40,000 nt of DNA from Salmonella phage SP1a. Position 1 is the stretch's first letter. Each line of letters starts with the position of its first letter. The stretch lies in sequence record MF774688.1. The stretch is one strand, 5' to 3'. Under the pieces are notes generated by a model. That model saw nothing but the letters and a program-made list of their open reading frames with translations, ran no database searches and had not been told where the DNA came from. Both the position numbers and the translations under genes were made by a program. This document shows positions 39,999 to 40,000 of the stretch, one piece after another.

Positions 39999-40000
39999 TG

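Noticed and set aside
1-40000. CRISPR array, transposon or prophage attachment sites
   Set aside because: No regularly spaced direct repeats, transposase-like ORFs, integrase or terminal inverted repeats seen.

Overview
The window is a T5-like (Tequintavirus/Demerecviridae-type) phage early-region segment, judged from gene content and from promoters that resemble the known T5 N25 promoter (recalled, not searched). Left part: nrdA (5' truncated), nrdB, dihydrofolate reductase, thymidylate synthase, RNase H, a NADAR-domain protein, an Rv2179c-like exonuclease, a cREC-like protein, a SleB-like hydrolase and a YqeY-like protein. Middle part (about 10.5-24.4 kb): a tRNA region with 19 tRNA genes I could fold by hand and many small ORFs. 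Right part: spanin-like pair, dNMP kinase, ClpP-like protease, holin, M15 endolysin, thioredoxin-like protein and two phosphoesterases. Eight HNH/GIY-YIG/T5orf172-type nuclease genes are scattered through it. The most unusual content is non-coding: (i) a roughly 780-nt ORF-poor, hairpin-dense interval at 12.45-13.23 kb beside a T5orf172-domain gene whose stop codon lies in the anticodon loop of a tRNA-Arg(UCU); (ii) a series of about ten 100-185-nt modules closed by long helices at 18.4-21.9 kb, interleaved almost back-to-back with tRNAs, three of which have tRNA acceptor and T-arm ends but greatly expanded anticodon domains; (iii) tRNAs with atypical architecture (long variable arms on Asn/Thr anticodons, coordinated loss of D-loop GG and T-loop C56). 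A minus-strand three-gene cassette (14.95-16.59 kb) is also out of keeping with its surroundings. All structures were folded by eye; covariation and RNA-seq are needed.
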